Positions 27,196 to 36,520 of a stretch of 64,000 nt of DNA are shown piece by piece. How positions within the stretch are numbered: position 1 is the first letter of the stretch; each line of letters begins with the position of its first letter. The DNA is from a virus, in IMG/VR virus record IMGVR_UViG_3300035701_000016, positions 1 through 64,000 of that record, one strand, 5' to 3'. The position numbers were made by a program, and so were the translations under genes. The notes under the pieces are model-generated. The model saw nothing but the letters and a program-made list of their open reading frames with translations, made no database searches and was not told where the DNA came from.

Positions 27196-27230
27196 GACTT
27201 TAGTCCCCATATTGCTATGGGGACTAAAGT
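27196..27230. repeat. 15-bp perfect inverted repeat (RNA hairpin)
   Basis: ACTTTAGTCCCCATA-TTGC-TATGGGGACTAAAGT; no U tract. Confidence 0.7.
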
Positions 27231-27248
27231 AGTGTATTGAATACTATA

Positions 27249-27692
27249 CTAACCGCTGAAGGTTACTTTTCCTGGCTTGGAAGCATCAGCAGGAATACCA
27301 GTGTTTCCACCAGAAAGAGCAGGCTTCTGGGGAGCTTGAGCTCCTGGAGCAAGATAGCGATTGATTTCTGATCGTTCAGTTCCTTCGAACTGACCGGTGG
27401 TAACTACTCCTCGGAAGGTTGATCCGACGAACTTCTCACAACTCCACTCACCCTTGCGGGGCGCACCGATCGCGTCGAGAAGAGCATCAACCTTGAATCT
27501 TGCCTGGGGAGTAAGAGATACAAACATGGTAATTGTTCTTCCCTGATCCTCACCTGCATCCTGGCAAGTGGCGGTAAGAACATACATCTCGTTACCTGTT
27601 CCGCTCAACTGCTCCTTGGAGGCTGTAATCTTGAAGGTATGAGTTCCTTCTGATACCAAACCTGACGTTCTATTGAGATCTAACTTAGGCAT
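27249..27692 (-). CDS. Putative single-stranded DNA-binding protein (DUF669-like)
   Basis: EGTH.F.I...S.TGNEM; follows the Sak4-like gene. Confidence 0.7.
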   Translation of the reverse strand: MPKLDLNRTSGLVSEGTHTFKITASKEQLSGTGNEMYVLTATCQDAGEDQGRTITMFVSLTPQARFKVDALLDAIGAPRKGEWSCEKFVGSTFRGVVTTGQFEGTERSEINRYLAPGAQAPQKPALSGGNTGIPADASKPGKVTFSG

Positions 27693-27695
27693 AGT

Positions 27696-28445
27696 CTAAC
27701 TCCTTATAGATGACTGACTCCAATACTTGTAGAGTTCCTCATAAGTCGGATCCTCTACGATTGGTGGAAGTAACCAAGAACGATCCTTGGTCACGTGGTT
27801 CACTGCATCAAATGTCATAAATCTTGTCTTGCTGTTGTTTCCTCCTTCCGAACTATCCTTCTTGTCAAGATAGCCAATTTCATCCATCATTCGACTCAGA
27901 TTACGAGCTGTCTGCTTACCTGTGAGTTGAGGTTGTACGGGATCAGTTTCGTATGCTCTGGGAGCAACCTGAGCAATTAAGATGACATTCAAGGGAAGAC
28001 TCTTCAAATCTCTTATCTTCTTCTCAAAGTCATCCATCATCTTCCCATAATCGGCCAAAGCTGGTAAACTATCATATGGTCTTCTAACCTGGAAGGTATT
28101 CACCACATGTCTCATGGTAAGATACTGTAACTCATTAAGAGAATCCAACACAACAGTTTTAAACGGATGCTGTCCTGACATCAACCAATCTAAAGACTGA
28201 AGAAGAGATTCCCAAGAATCTATATCCAATCTGTGTACTGTTCTTCTTACCGAGGCCATACCATGATCTATATCCAGAAATACAGGCGTAGGCCATGTTG
28301 ATGCGAATACTGTTTTACCCACACCACTTTCTCCATACACTAGGAATTTAACTTGCTCAGGATTGAATTTTCCTTCCATAACTGAGAACTTCTCTTCCAG
28401 AGAAACTGGAATTTCAAACGGATCCATCATATTAGGTTCTGCCAT
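27696..28445 (-). CDS. Sak4-like AAA_24 ATPase / single-strand annealing protein
   Basis: YGESGVGKT, LDIDHG, TVVLDS, TKDR. Confidence 0.85.
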   Translation of the reverse strand: MAEPNMMDPFEIPVSLEEKFSVMEGKFNPEQVKFLVYGESGVGKTVFASTWPTPVFLDIDHGMASVRRTVHRLDIDSWESLLQSLDWLMSGQHPFKTVVLDSLNELQYLTMRHVVNTFQVRRPYDSLPALADYGKMMDDFEKKIRDLKSLPLNVILIAQVAPRAYETDPVQPQLTGKQTARNLSRMMDEIGYLDKKDSSEGGNNSKTRFMTFDAVNHVTKDRSWLLPPIVEDPTYEELYKYWSQSSIRS

Positions 28446-28447
28446 AG

Positions 28448-29290
28448 TTACTCCTCTGCCTTCTCTTGAATAGGCTCTTCCACTCTAGGAATTATTGGAA
28501 ACTGCCTCAAAACAGGTTCCGGATTACCGTCATCATTTATTGCCAGACACGCTCCGTAGAAGGGACAATCCCAACTGCAATCCTTGGTTTCGTTACGGTA
28601 GATGAAACCTCCATTGGTATGAAAGTTTGCCATTTCAGTAACCTGATTGGCTACTTCTCTTTCTATAGCAACCAGACCCTCTTGATTGCGATATACCTTG
28701 GTTCTCACTACCGGCTCTGTTGCAGCTATCCCACCTTCAGCAACCCTGATTACATTGAACAAAACTCCCCTGACGTCTATTCCCAACTTGTAGGCTGCCA
28801 ACAGATACAGGCTCATTTGGGGATCCAGATCTATATGACCCAGGGAGACACGTTTATTGAACTTATGTTCCATAAGCCACAATGACTCGCCTACTCTGAC
28901 GACACCATCAATGTAGCCTATGACTCGTTGACCACCGATTTCAACTTCGAATTTCTGCTCGAGAGATATAATCTCTTCAATACTCTCGTGCATCCTTGCC
29001 CAGTCAAAGTATCTTCGAATGATCAGCTCGGTAAGTTCCCAGTAATCGGAACAATCGTCTCCCGTATTTATTTCGTACTGATTGTAAACCTCAGCAGCAG
29101 ATTTCATGGCAAGTTCGTCTGCTTCCTCGGTACAACCATTCCCGTACCAGGTCGCCAAAGCCGCATGACCGGCTGATCCACGATTCTGTCCAGGTCCTGA
29201 GAAGGGTGCATAGTTATCTACATACTGAAGCTTGTACTTATATCTGCAACGTCTCCATGTGTACATGGAAGAGTGCGAGAATGCTCTCAT
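28448..29290 (-). CDS. Cas4-like PD-(D/E)XK exonuclease
   Basis: SHS...C; GSAGH; GYIDG..EHK; QMSLY; CSWDCPF..C. Confidence 0.85.
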   Translation of the reverse strand: MRAFSHSSMYTWRRCRYKYKLQYVDNYAPFSGPGQNRGSAGHAALATWYGNGCTEEADELAMKSAAEVYNQYEINTGDDCSDYWELTELIIRRYFDWARMHESIEEIISLEQKFEVEIGGQRVIGYIDGVVRVGESLWLMEHKFNKRVSLGHIDLDPQMSLYLLAAYKLGIDVRGVLFNVIRVAEGGIAATEPVVRTKVYRNQEGLVAIEREVANQVTEMANFHTNGGFIYRNETKDCSWDCPFYGACLAINDDGNPEPVLRQFPIIPRVEEPIQEKAEE

Positions 29291-29601
29291 TAGATATTCT
29301 CCAATTCTATAAATTGATATTTTTCGTTACCGTATATTCCTACGGTTACTCCAATACTAGGAAACATTTTTCCAAGAACTACTCCGGTTACGAATGATAC
29401 CACAACTTTTCCCATAGGAATTATGGCATCACATGCCGGATCAAAGTCAGCTAAGGACTTGACTATAGTTTCCTCTATATCCTCAGATCTTTCGTCCCCT
29501 CTGGTTATCAACTTAATCTCTGACGTATGCTGTTTCAACTTTGACACGTCATGAGAAGGGTCGATCACAAATATTCTTCTGAACTGATCTACTCTATCCA
29601 T
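29290..29601 (-). CDS. Hypothetical protein
   Basis: SD GGAGG; coupled. Confidence 0.7.
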   Translation of the reverse strand: MDRVDQFRRIFVIDPSHDVSKLKQHTSEIKLITRGDERSEDIEETIVKSLADFDPACDAIIPMGKVVVSFVTGVVLGKMFPSIGVTVGIYGNEKYQFIELENI

Positions 29602-31510
29602 TTAGACCTCCTTTCTTTAGGACTTCTCTAACCAGAGAGGAAGTAATCTGAATCGCACTTTCTCTTCTGTAATCTAACACTTGATGAATTACATGATCTA
29701 TAGTCTGTCCGCCATCTTCTCTGCAAGCCAGCAAGTGAATTACAGTTGGCGATTGAGTAGTACCTATTCTACGAATACGGTAGAGACTCTGATAATAGTC
29801 ATCTCCGTTGAATGAGCGTTCAAGATAGACTGCAGTCCTTGCTTTTGTTAGCGTAAGACCGAACTTGCCTACTCCAGGATGTGCTACGATAACACTAAGC
29901 TCACCATTCTGAAACATGTCCACTATGGTCTGTCTATCATCTGTTGAAGTGCTTCCGGTAAGAGCAGCCACCTTTATATTCTTTTCCTCAAGAATGGCAG
30001 CTATGTAGTGTGCAGTCTTGATAAAGTTTGTCCATATTATGATGGGAAATTCTACCCACTGTAGCATTTCCTCCAAAGCCTTCCATTTAGCTCCATCGTT
30101 AGCTCCACCTATAAGAATGGGATTGCTGGCAATCTGTACCAACCTTAGCATCTGACTCAACACATTAGGAGAAAGAACTTCATCTCCATCTGGTAGGGAC
30201 GCTACAAATTCTCTTTCCATCTGAGCGTACAGTTCATCCTGTCCATTACCCATCTGTATTTCTATGTCCTGGAATATCCAGGGTGGAAGATCTAAGTCCT
30301 CCTCCCCAGGAATAGTAAAGTAGATATCCCTAAAGTTTTCCATGATGCGGCTATACGCATCTGGTTGATTTCCTACTACAGCTGTCCCCCACTGATTAGT
30401 TTCCAAAGAGCAATAGGATCTGGCAAATTTCCAGTAGGATGAAAATCTGCCGTGATCCAATATGTTGAGCTGAGCCCACATGTCGTCATAGAATTTGGTT
30501 ATGGGACTACCGGATAGAAACCATACATATCTGGGATTCTTGCATACTTTCTTAATCTGCTTTACTCTGCTCGTATCCCTATTCTTGAGCAGAACAGATT
30601 CATCGCATATTACTACATCAAAATTTTGATTGATGATATCTTCATAGTTATTGACAACTGTATTATAGTTCGTTACTACCCATCTGTCATATGAGTCCCA
30701 GGTATTAACAGATCCATGCCAAATCACGGCTGGCCTACCGCACCACTTATTGATTTCTTTCTTCCAGTTGAGACAGAGAGAAAGAGGACAGATTACCAGG
30801 ATTCTTTGAGCCTGTAAATCTTCTGCTGCCAGAATAGCTGCCGCTGATTTACCCCTTCCTGGTTTCAATCCGACTAATACTCTCTCGTAATGGGTCATGA
30901 AGGCTGAGCCTTTCTTTTGAAAGGCATATAATGGACTTTCCGCAACCACATCTGATAACTCCAACGGTTTTGATAGTGTGGCTAGATATTCATCCACGGT
31001 AGGATCTGCCATCAAGTCGGAAAACATAGCCTTAACTCCGGATATATTCTCCAATGAGATCTTTCCTATCCAACCTACATCGTTTCCTCCCCATGTAAAT
31101 CCTAACGTTTTTATCTGGGCAGATGGATAAACGTTAGGTTTGAAAAGTAACTTTCCATGTGCTACCCGCAACGTTCCAGAGCTCTTTGGTGCGGCATGAC
31201 CAATGCCCACTACCCGTAGGTCGTTTAATGTCGAATGTTGTAGGGGTTCGTATGGGGCTAAAGACTCTAGTTGGGATTTATATTTAATCAAAACTTGCTT
31301 TGCTACCCCCACCTGTTTCATGGTGATAAAATTCTTCTCAAGAATTTGTTCCGCGATACTGGACATGAATGGAGCATCAACAGCATTGAACCCAACTCCG
31401 TTCAATTCCCTAGTCGTTTCTGTATACTTTTCATCCTGGGTTTGTAGACCATAGAGGGTGAGAATCTTGAGTGCTACTTCTTTGGCATTTTCCAAATCGT
31501 CTTCTTGCAT
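29594..31510 (-). CDS. SNF2-family SF2 helicase
   Basis: LYAFQ, PGRGKS, ICP, DES, LSGSP, GLTLT, QSLYRIRRIG. Confidence 0.88.
   Translation of the reverse strand: MQEDDLENAKEVALKILTLYGLQTQDEKYTETTRELNGVGFNAVDAPFMSSIAEQILEKNFITMKQVGVAKQVLIKYKSQLESLAPYEPLQHSTLNDLRVVGIGHAAPKSSGTLRVAHGKLLFKPNVYPSAQIKTLGFTWGGNDVGWIGKISLENISGVKAMFSDLMADPTVDEYLATLSKPLELSDVVAESPLYAFQKKGSAFMTHYERVLVGLKPGRGKSAAAILAAEDLQAQRILVICPLSLCLNWKKEINKWCGRPAVIWHGSVNTWDSYDRWVVTNYNTVVNNYEDIINQNFDVVICDESVLLKNRDTSRVKQIKKVCKNPRYVWFLSGSPITKFYDDMWAQLNILDHGRFSSYWKFARSYCSLETNQWGTAVVGNQPDAYSRIMENFRDIYFTIPGEEDLDLPPWIFQDIEIQMGNGQDELYAQMEREFVASLPDGDEVLSPNVLSQMLRLVQIASNPILIGGANDGAKWKALEEMLQWVEFPIIIWTNFIKTAHYIAAILEEKNIKVAALTGSTSTDDRQTIVDMFQNGELSVIVAHPGVGKFGLTLTKARTAVYLERSFNGDDYYQSLYRIRRIGTTQSPTVIHLLACREDGGQTIDHVIHQVLDYRRESAIQITSSLVREVLKKGGLNG
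31215..31258 (-). repeat. Phased 10-bp element, copy B (inside the helicase ORF)
   Basis: Minus strand GCCCCATACGAACCCCTACAACATTCGACATTAAACGACCTACG aligns with copy A. Confidence 0.55.
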
Positions 31511-31540
31511 TCTTTAATCCTTATTTTAGGTTGTAATTTT

Positions 31541-31569
31541 ATTATAGCACAACGGAACCAATTGAACAA
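31541..31569 (-). promoter_or_regulatory. Promoter of the replication operon
   Basis: TTGTTC-17nt-TATAAT with TGTGC extension. Confidence 0.75.
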
Positions 31570-31600
31570 CAGCCAATATGTATCAATTTACTTCCAGATG

Positions 31601-31630
31601 AAAGTAGGCGGAGGTTCGGCTCCGCCTACT
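31601..31630 (-). terminator. Putative terminator of the structural operon
   Basis: AGTAGGCGGAG/CTCCGCCTACT hairpin followed by a short T run. Confidence 0.6.
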
Positions 31631-31660
31631 CAGGCTCTGTTGTTACCGATAAACTGAAAT

Positions 31661-32035
31661 CTATTTGAGAGCCTGCTTCCTAAGAGCCAGGGCTTTATCG
31701 TATGAAAATGATTTACCTACCATAGGAATACCCTTAACGGCGAAATGCGTTACCTTAGAAACGAGCAGTTGGCTCACATAGGCAAGAATAAAGGTCGCTA
31801 CGGTAGCAGCCTCAGCTGCGATAGGATTTAGGGTAGTGAAGTCAAACTCAGGTTTGAAAATCCGGAGTCCGTACATTACCAGAATACAAATCAAGTTGGC
31901 ACCTCCAACCCAGAGCGGAGCTTGATCTTCTTTCACCAGATTGAAAATTTTGAGAATATTCACGACTACCGCAATAAGAGCGGAAAACCCTGCGAGGGCT
32001 GCGAACTGAGCAACAACATCTAGAAACATGGTCAT
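31661..32035 (-). CDS. Holin-like membrane protein
   Basis: About 3 TM helices, basic C-terminus, at the end of the tail module. Confidence 0.55.
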   Translation of the reverse strand: MTMFLDVVAQFAALAGFSALIAVVVNILKIFNLVKEDQAPLWVGGANLICILVMYGLRIFKPEFDFTTLNPIAAEAATVATFILAYVSQLLVSKVTHFAVKGIPMVGKSFSYDKALALRKQALK

Positions 32036-32451
32036 TCTCCTTTTAAGGGAGTTGTTATCTCCCCATCAACTAAAATCTGCTGAATTTTGGATTTTAGATT
32101 CCAGTCAGCAGCTAAACATTCGGAACATCCAGGAATATTATGAAGTTTTACCTGTCTTTCCTTAAGATAGTCGTCAATGGCTTTCACCAGTTGAGTTTGT
32201 CTATTAGAATAAATTCTTAATTCTAATTTAGATCTTCCCAGTTCTAATCTTAGAGGATCCATCAATTCTTTTGCAGCATTCACAATGGAATCCATATCGG
32301 ATCTACCGGAGTTTTTATTCTCCAATCTCAATCTTTCTTTATTCAAAATATCTTCATTCTTTCTGGCTTCTCTGGTGTTGACATATACAAGATATCCAAG
32401 AATAAATGACGATACTATAGAAACTATAGCCGTTATTCCTGACCAGTCCAT
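32032..32451 (-). CDS. Membrane-anchored coiled-coil protein (lysis accessory?)
   Basis: N-terminal TM then coiled coil; SD AAAGGTGG. Confidence 0.55.
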   Translation of the reverse strand: MDWSGITAIVSIVSSFILGYLVYVNTREARKNEDILNKERLRLENKNSGRSDMDSIVNAAKELMDPLRLELGRSKLELRIYSNRQTQLVKAIDDYLKERQVKLHNIPGCSECLAADWNLKSKIQQILVDGEITTPLKGE

Positions 32452-32452
32452 T

Positions 32453-32773
32453 TTAGTGTATTCCACCTTTTGGTCCAAAGTATATGATCCATGCTCTAGA
32501 AGCACTAAGAACAGAATAGAGTAATACAATAGGTCTTCCAAGAATTCTTCCGATATCTGGAGGTGCGACGAAAGAATTTATTTGAGGTTGGAAAAATATA
32601 TAGATATAAACAATCATGGTGGCAAGATTTACTACGGTAGAAGCCACATAGAGAAAATTCCAATTATTGGGATAGGAGTTTCTTTTCATGATCATTGCGT
32701 ATATTATCGTAGATAGTGTAGAGAAGAATAATATCATTATAGTTATGATCGTACCAAGAATAGAATCTATCAT
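32453..32773 (-). CDS. Membrane protein (3 TM)
   Basis: Hydrophobic segments. Confidence 0.6.
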   Translation of the reverse strand: MIDSILGTIITIMILFFSTLSTIIYAMIMKRNSYPNNWNFLYVASTVVNLATMIVYIYIFFQPQINSFVAPPDIGRILGRPIVLLYSVLSASRAWIIYFGPKGGIH

Positions 32774-33852
32774 TTTGCTACTCCTGCTACCGTTCTTATG
32801 TCAGATGTCATATCCTCTTCCATAATATTGTGAATATCCGTAGATAAATACCAGTCTACATCAGAGACCTTTTTTATTATTCCTCCCCTTAATCCCGTAT
32901 ATAATCTTCCGTTACGATAATCTATAACTACAAATTCTCCTGAAGCACTCATATCACAACCTCTCCAGGCTAGATCAATATTTCCAGCCGGTTGTGTTTC
33001 ATACCAATTAGATCCAGAATCTTCTGAGTAGTGAACTCTTCCACTATATATAGCATGGATTAAATTTACTCCCAACGCATCGCAACATATTATCTGATGA
33101 TTCTCATCCTGAAATATACCCGTAGGAGCAATCTCTGTCCAATTAGCTCCTGAATCTGTAGATTTCCATGCTCTTCCTTGACTGGCAACTGCGAACATTT
33201 TACTTCCATCTGCACTGACTGCAGCCTCTATCCAGTAACAATCTGTATCTCCAGCAGGTTGTCTTTCAGTCCAATTTGCTCCCGAATTAGATGAGGTATA
33301 TAATCTTCCAGATCCTGCAGATATACCATATTCACCTACTATGAGATTAGTTCCTGTAGAATCACATGCCAATAGAGACCAATTTCTCTCAACATTTCCT
33401 GCAGGTTGAGTTTCTGACCAGTTAGCTCCAGAATCAGTAGTAAGATATAGTCTAGCCAAAGCAGGAAGAATACGCTTGGCGATAGCCATCATGAAACTTG
33501 CATCACTATCACAACATACTCCTACCCAGTCAAAAGTGGATCCCCATCCTGACGGATCAATTTGAGTCCATCCTGCTCCATAATTGCTTGATACATACAG
33601 TTTTCCCTGAGCTAGAGTATTCTGTTCTCCCAATATTATAAAAGATCCACTATCGGTACAATCTACCTGGAATGATCTATGATCTGCCGCAGGTTCTATT
33701 CCACCCCAGTTAGCTCCTGAATTTACCGATATCTGTAAATCACTTCCAGGAACCGTAGCAACTATAGTAGATCCATCGTAATCGCAACATGGATGTTCCC
33801 ATGCTTTGTTTATATCTCCAAATGGTCTTCTCTCAGTCCAATAGTAACCCAT
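32770..33852 (-). CDS. BNR/Asp-box beta-propeller protein (tail-associated)
   Basis: Repeated S/TxDSGANWxExQPAG blades. Confidence 0.75.
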   Translation of the reverse strand: MGYYWTERRPFGDINKAWEHPCCDYDGSTIVATVPGSDLQISVNSGANWGGIEPAADHRSFQVDCTDSGSFIILGEQNTLAQGKLYVSSNYGAGWTQIDPSGWGSTFDWVGVCCDSDASFMMAIAKRILPALARLYLTTDSGANWSETQPAGNVERNWSLLACDSTGTNLIVGEYGISAGSGRLYTSSNSGANWTERQPAGDTDCYWIEAAVSADGSKMFAVASQGRAWKSTDSGANWTEIAPTGIFQDENHQIICCDALGVNLIHAIYSGRVHYSEDSGSNWYETQPAGNIDLAWRGCDMSASGEFVVIDYRNGRLYTGLRGGIIKKVSDVDWYLSTDIHNIMEEDMTSDIRTVAGVAK

Positions 33853-34766
33853 TATACATGCTCCACTTGGACTAGTTGAGGATTCCAGAATATTCTGGTA
33901 ACATCTATGGCAACCCCAAGAATTTGAATAACATCATCCGTACCTGAAGGTCTAACCTGGGTGAGAGTATTTCCTGTAGTTCCCACTACAGATAGATAGA
34001 TCAAACCTCCTACAGTCCATGACCAACCAGAATCTCTAGCAAATCCATACAATAGATACAATCCAGGAGTGTCATGATCTATAGATTCCAATGCCAATCC
34101 AAAAGAACTGGAGGTAGCAATACCATTAGCATCAGCTATTGCCATCTCACCAGTAGAATTTATTCTGCAAGCATCTCCGAACCCTTGTACATCGTGAGCT
34201 GTAAAAGTTGCCGAGAGCCCACTGTAATCATGATCTGCAGGAGATGGATTCAATTCGATCTGATCTCCACCGACACCACCTGCGATTGTTACGACAGTCT
34301 CTCCAGCACCTCCATCATCAGTAACAGCTACCCCGGAACCTTCAAAATGAATAATGGCCTCATAAGGCATTAACGATCCACCTTCATCATAAATATCGTG
34401 AGGAGGAAGAATATCAACCGTAGTAAGAGTATTACCAGGATCATCAGCAACAGTAACTCCTGATCCACTAAAATTCAAAATGGGTTGTTGAGGAAAAGGA
34501 ACATAATTTCCCTCTATTATGTGACCTCCGCTAGAAGCATCAGCCCATTCTACTCCATTCGGAAGTGAAGAATTAACGGTAAGAACCTGAGCGTCTATAC
34601 CCAACGGAAGAACTACAGCCGTATTAAGACCAGTACCTACCGCAGTATCTCCCTTATTCTTCCAAATAAGATCATTGGCAATAGTAACTCTCGGAAGAGC
34701 CTCTATTGTTCTTATCCTTTTGGAAATAGCAACTAATGTTTCGGCAAGTTCTAGGAGAATATTCAT
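33852..34766 (-). CDS. Tail fibre-like protein
   Basis: KGD...LPLGIDAQVLTVNS; repeated NFSGSGVTVADD/FEGSGVAVTDD; position in the tail module. Confidence 0.65.
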   Translation of the reverse strand: MNILLELAETLVAISKRIRTIEALPRVTIANDLIWKNKGDTAVGTGLNTAVVLPLGIDAQVLTVNSSLPNGVEWADASSGGHIIEGNYVPFPQQPILNFSGSGVTVADDPGNTLTTVDILPPHDIYDEGGSLMPYEAIIHFEGSGVAVTDDGGAGETVVTIAGGVGGDQIELNPSPADHDYSGLSATFTAHDVQGFGDACRINSTGEMAIADANGIATSSSFGLALESIDHDTPGLYLLYGFARDSGWSWTVGGLIYLSVVGTTGNTLTQVRPSGTDDVIQILGVAIDVTRIFWNPQLVQVEHV

Positions 34767-35644
34767 TATGATGGACCGATTGCTAACCAACTGACTAATC
34801 TAGCTATTCTTATTCCAGATCCTGCTGGAGTAGATTCCCAACCCCAGACCTCCAATTCATTACCAGGAGTAAGGTCATGTCTTACCATTAGAAAACTATT
34901 GTAGTCATCACTCAGTATATCGTAGTCTCCGGTTATAAAACACAGAGGATCTCCGGAAAAATGCTCAGAAAATGCTGCATACGCATGAGTATACATATCT
35001 CCTGAACCCCCCTCATTGGTAACAAAATATCCGCACTGAATTTTCATTCCAGAAGGAGTATATGTAGTAACTCCGGTAGAACGCCAATCTGTAGAACTTC
35101 CTCCCTGTCTCTTTTCTACGAAGGATTTAAATGCAGCTATTGCTCCACTACTAATTGGAATCTGTCCCTCAGATCCTGCAGGTTTTATATCCTCAGCTTT
35201 TGGACGATTGGAAAACTTACAGAATGTTCTCAGATCGGTTACGGTAGCAACTCCAGCAGCTACGGTAACAGAAGCTAACAAAACTTCCCATGTAACTCCT
35301 GGAGTTTGAACCAACGGTAGAGCATGAGCGGTTGCAGTAATAGTTTTTCCTGCATAATCTATTTTCAATACCACGATATAATTATTCAATACAGCTACAG
35401 GTTTTGATGCGGTATTGATGTATAATCTTCCATTCACCAGAGCTGATCCTGTATCTACCAGAACTTCAGATGAGGCTATTCCTCGGTCAGTTACAATAAG
35501 CTCATTGGCTTTTCCAGTAAGAACGGAATCAAGAGTTATGTCATTGTTGAGAAGTCTAGCCATATTCTCAGCAAATGTATTGCTGTGATAACTACCGTGA
35601 TCTCCATGAGTAACTCCTCCCCAGAAGAATGAAATTTCTGTCAT
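34766..35644 (-). CDS. Minor tail/baseplate protein, paralog B
   Basis: Paralog of 35648-36511; IQCG...WLAIG C-terminal domain. Confidence 0.75.
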   Translation of the reverse strand: MTEISFFWGGVTHGDHGSYHSNTFAENMARLLNNDITLDSVLTGKANELIVTDRGIASSEVLVDTGSALVNGRLYINTASKPVAVLNNYIVVLKIDYAGKTITATAHALPLVQTPGVTWEVLLASVTVAAGVATVTDLRTFCKFSNRPKAEDIKPAGSEGQIPISSGAIAAFKSFVEKRQGGSSTDWRSTGVTTYTPSGMKIQCGYFVTNEGGSGDMYTHAYAAFSEHFSGDPLCFITGDYDILSDDYNSFLMVRHDLTPGNELEVWGWESTPAGSGIRIARLVSWLAIGPS

Positions 35645-35647
35645 AAT

Positions 35648-36511
35648 TTACCTCGGACCGATAGCCATCCAGAATACGACTCTGTCAGTATCCACTGACT
35701 GTTTGATATCAATTACAAATGTAGTCGTAGTTATAGTATTCACTCCGAAAGAAACATGAGTAACGTCAGACGAAGCAAAATTTCCCACCGTAATCAAAAC
35801 AATGGGAGCAAAAGCAAATGCCTCCGGAAATGTTACAGTAGCAGTTCCCAAATGAGTTCCGTTATCTACAACAACTGCCTTGGATCCGCATTGAATTAGG
35901 CATCCTACAGGAGTGTAGTCAGTATCTCCTTCAGTACTCCAAACGGTAGCAGATCCACCCTGTCTCTTGTCAATTATAGGAGCCCATGCAGAAGCTAAGC
36001 CGTCAGATTTTATGATCTGACCATTGGATCCTACGGGGCTTATATCTCCTACGGATACCTCGGTTGAGAAATTGCAGAAATCTCGAGCGTCTAGAGTCAA
36101 GGCACGAACTCCGGCAGCAGTCACAGTAGCTCTAGCAATCTCAATCTCCCAAGTTGCTCCAGGAGTATGCGTAGTGGCTACATATCCTGCGGCATTCGTG
36201 AGAAGAGCGGCTCTTACCGTTTGAGTTCCAAAATCTTTTCTCAGAACTACTGTATGATAATATATTCCTACTGCCGGAGTAGTAAGAGCTACAGATAGAG
36301 GAGCATCATTCACATAGATCTTTCCGTCAACTAGAGCAACTCCACTCTGTATTACTATATTGGATCCTACCAGAGATGGTGCTAATTCATTTAGTTGACC
36401 TACAAGAACTCCTTCTGTATCGAGATCTCGTTGAAACAGATATCTGAAGATATCTGAGAATTGATCGTCACTGTAAGCGGGTCCATTCCAATAGTATGAT
36501 AACTCAGCCAT
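35648..36511 (-). CDS. Minor tail/baseplate protein, paralog A
   Basis: GVALVDG..YVND; VTFPEAF..AP.V; WMAIG. Confidence 0.75.
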   Translation of the reverse strand: MAELSYYWNGPAYSDDQFSDIFRYLFQRDLDTEGVLVGQLNELAPSLVGSNIVIQSGVALVDGKIYVNDAPLSVALTTPAVGIYYHTVVLRKDFGTQTVRAALLTNAAGYVATTHTPGATWEIEIARATVTAAGVRALTLDARDFCNFSTEVSVGDISPVGSNGQIIKSDGLASAWAPIIDKRQGGSATVWSTEGDTDYTPVGCLIQCGSKAVVVDNGTHLGTATVTFPEAFAFAPIVLITVGNFASSDVTHVSFGVNTITTTTFVIDIKQSVDTDRVVFWMAIGPR

Positions 36512-36520
36512 AATAATCTC

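Noticed and set aside
28448-29290. Cas4-like gene as evidence of a CRISPR-Cas system
   Set aside because: No repeat-spacer array or other cas genes; it sits in a standard nuclease-Sak4-SSB recombination module.
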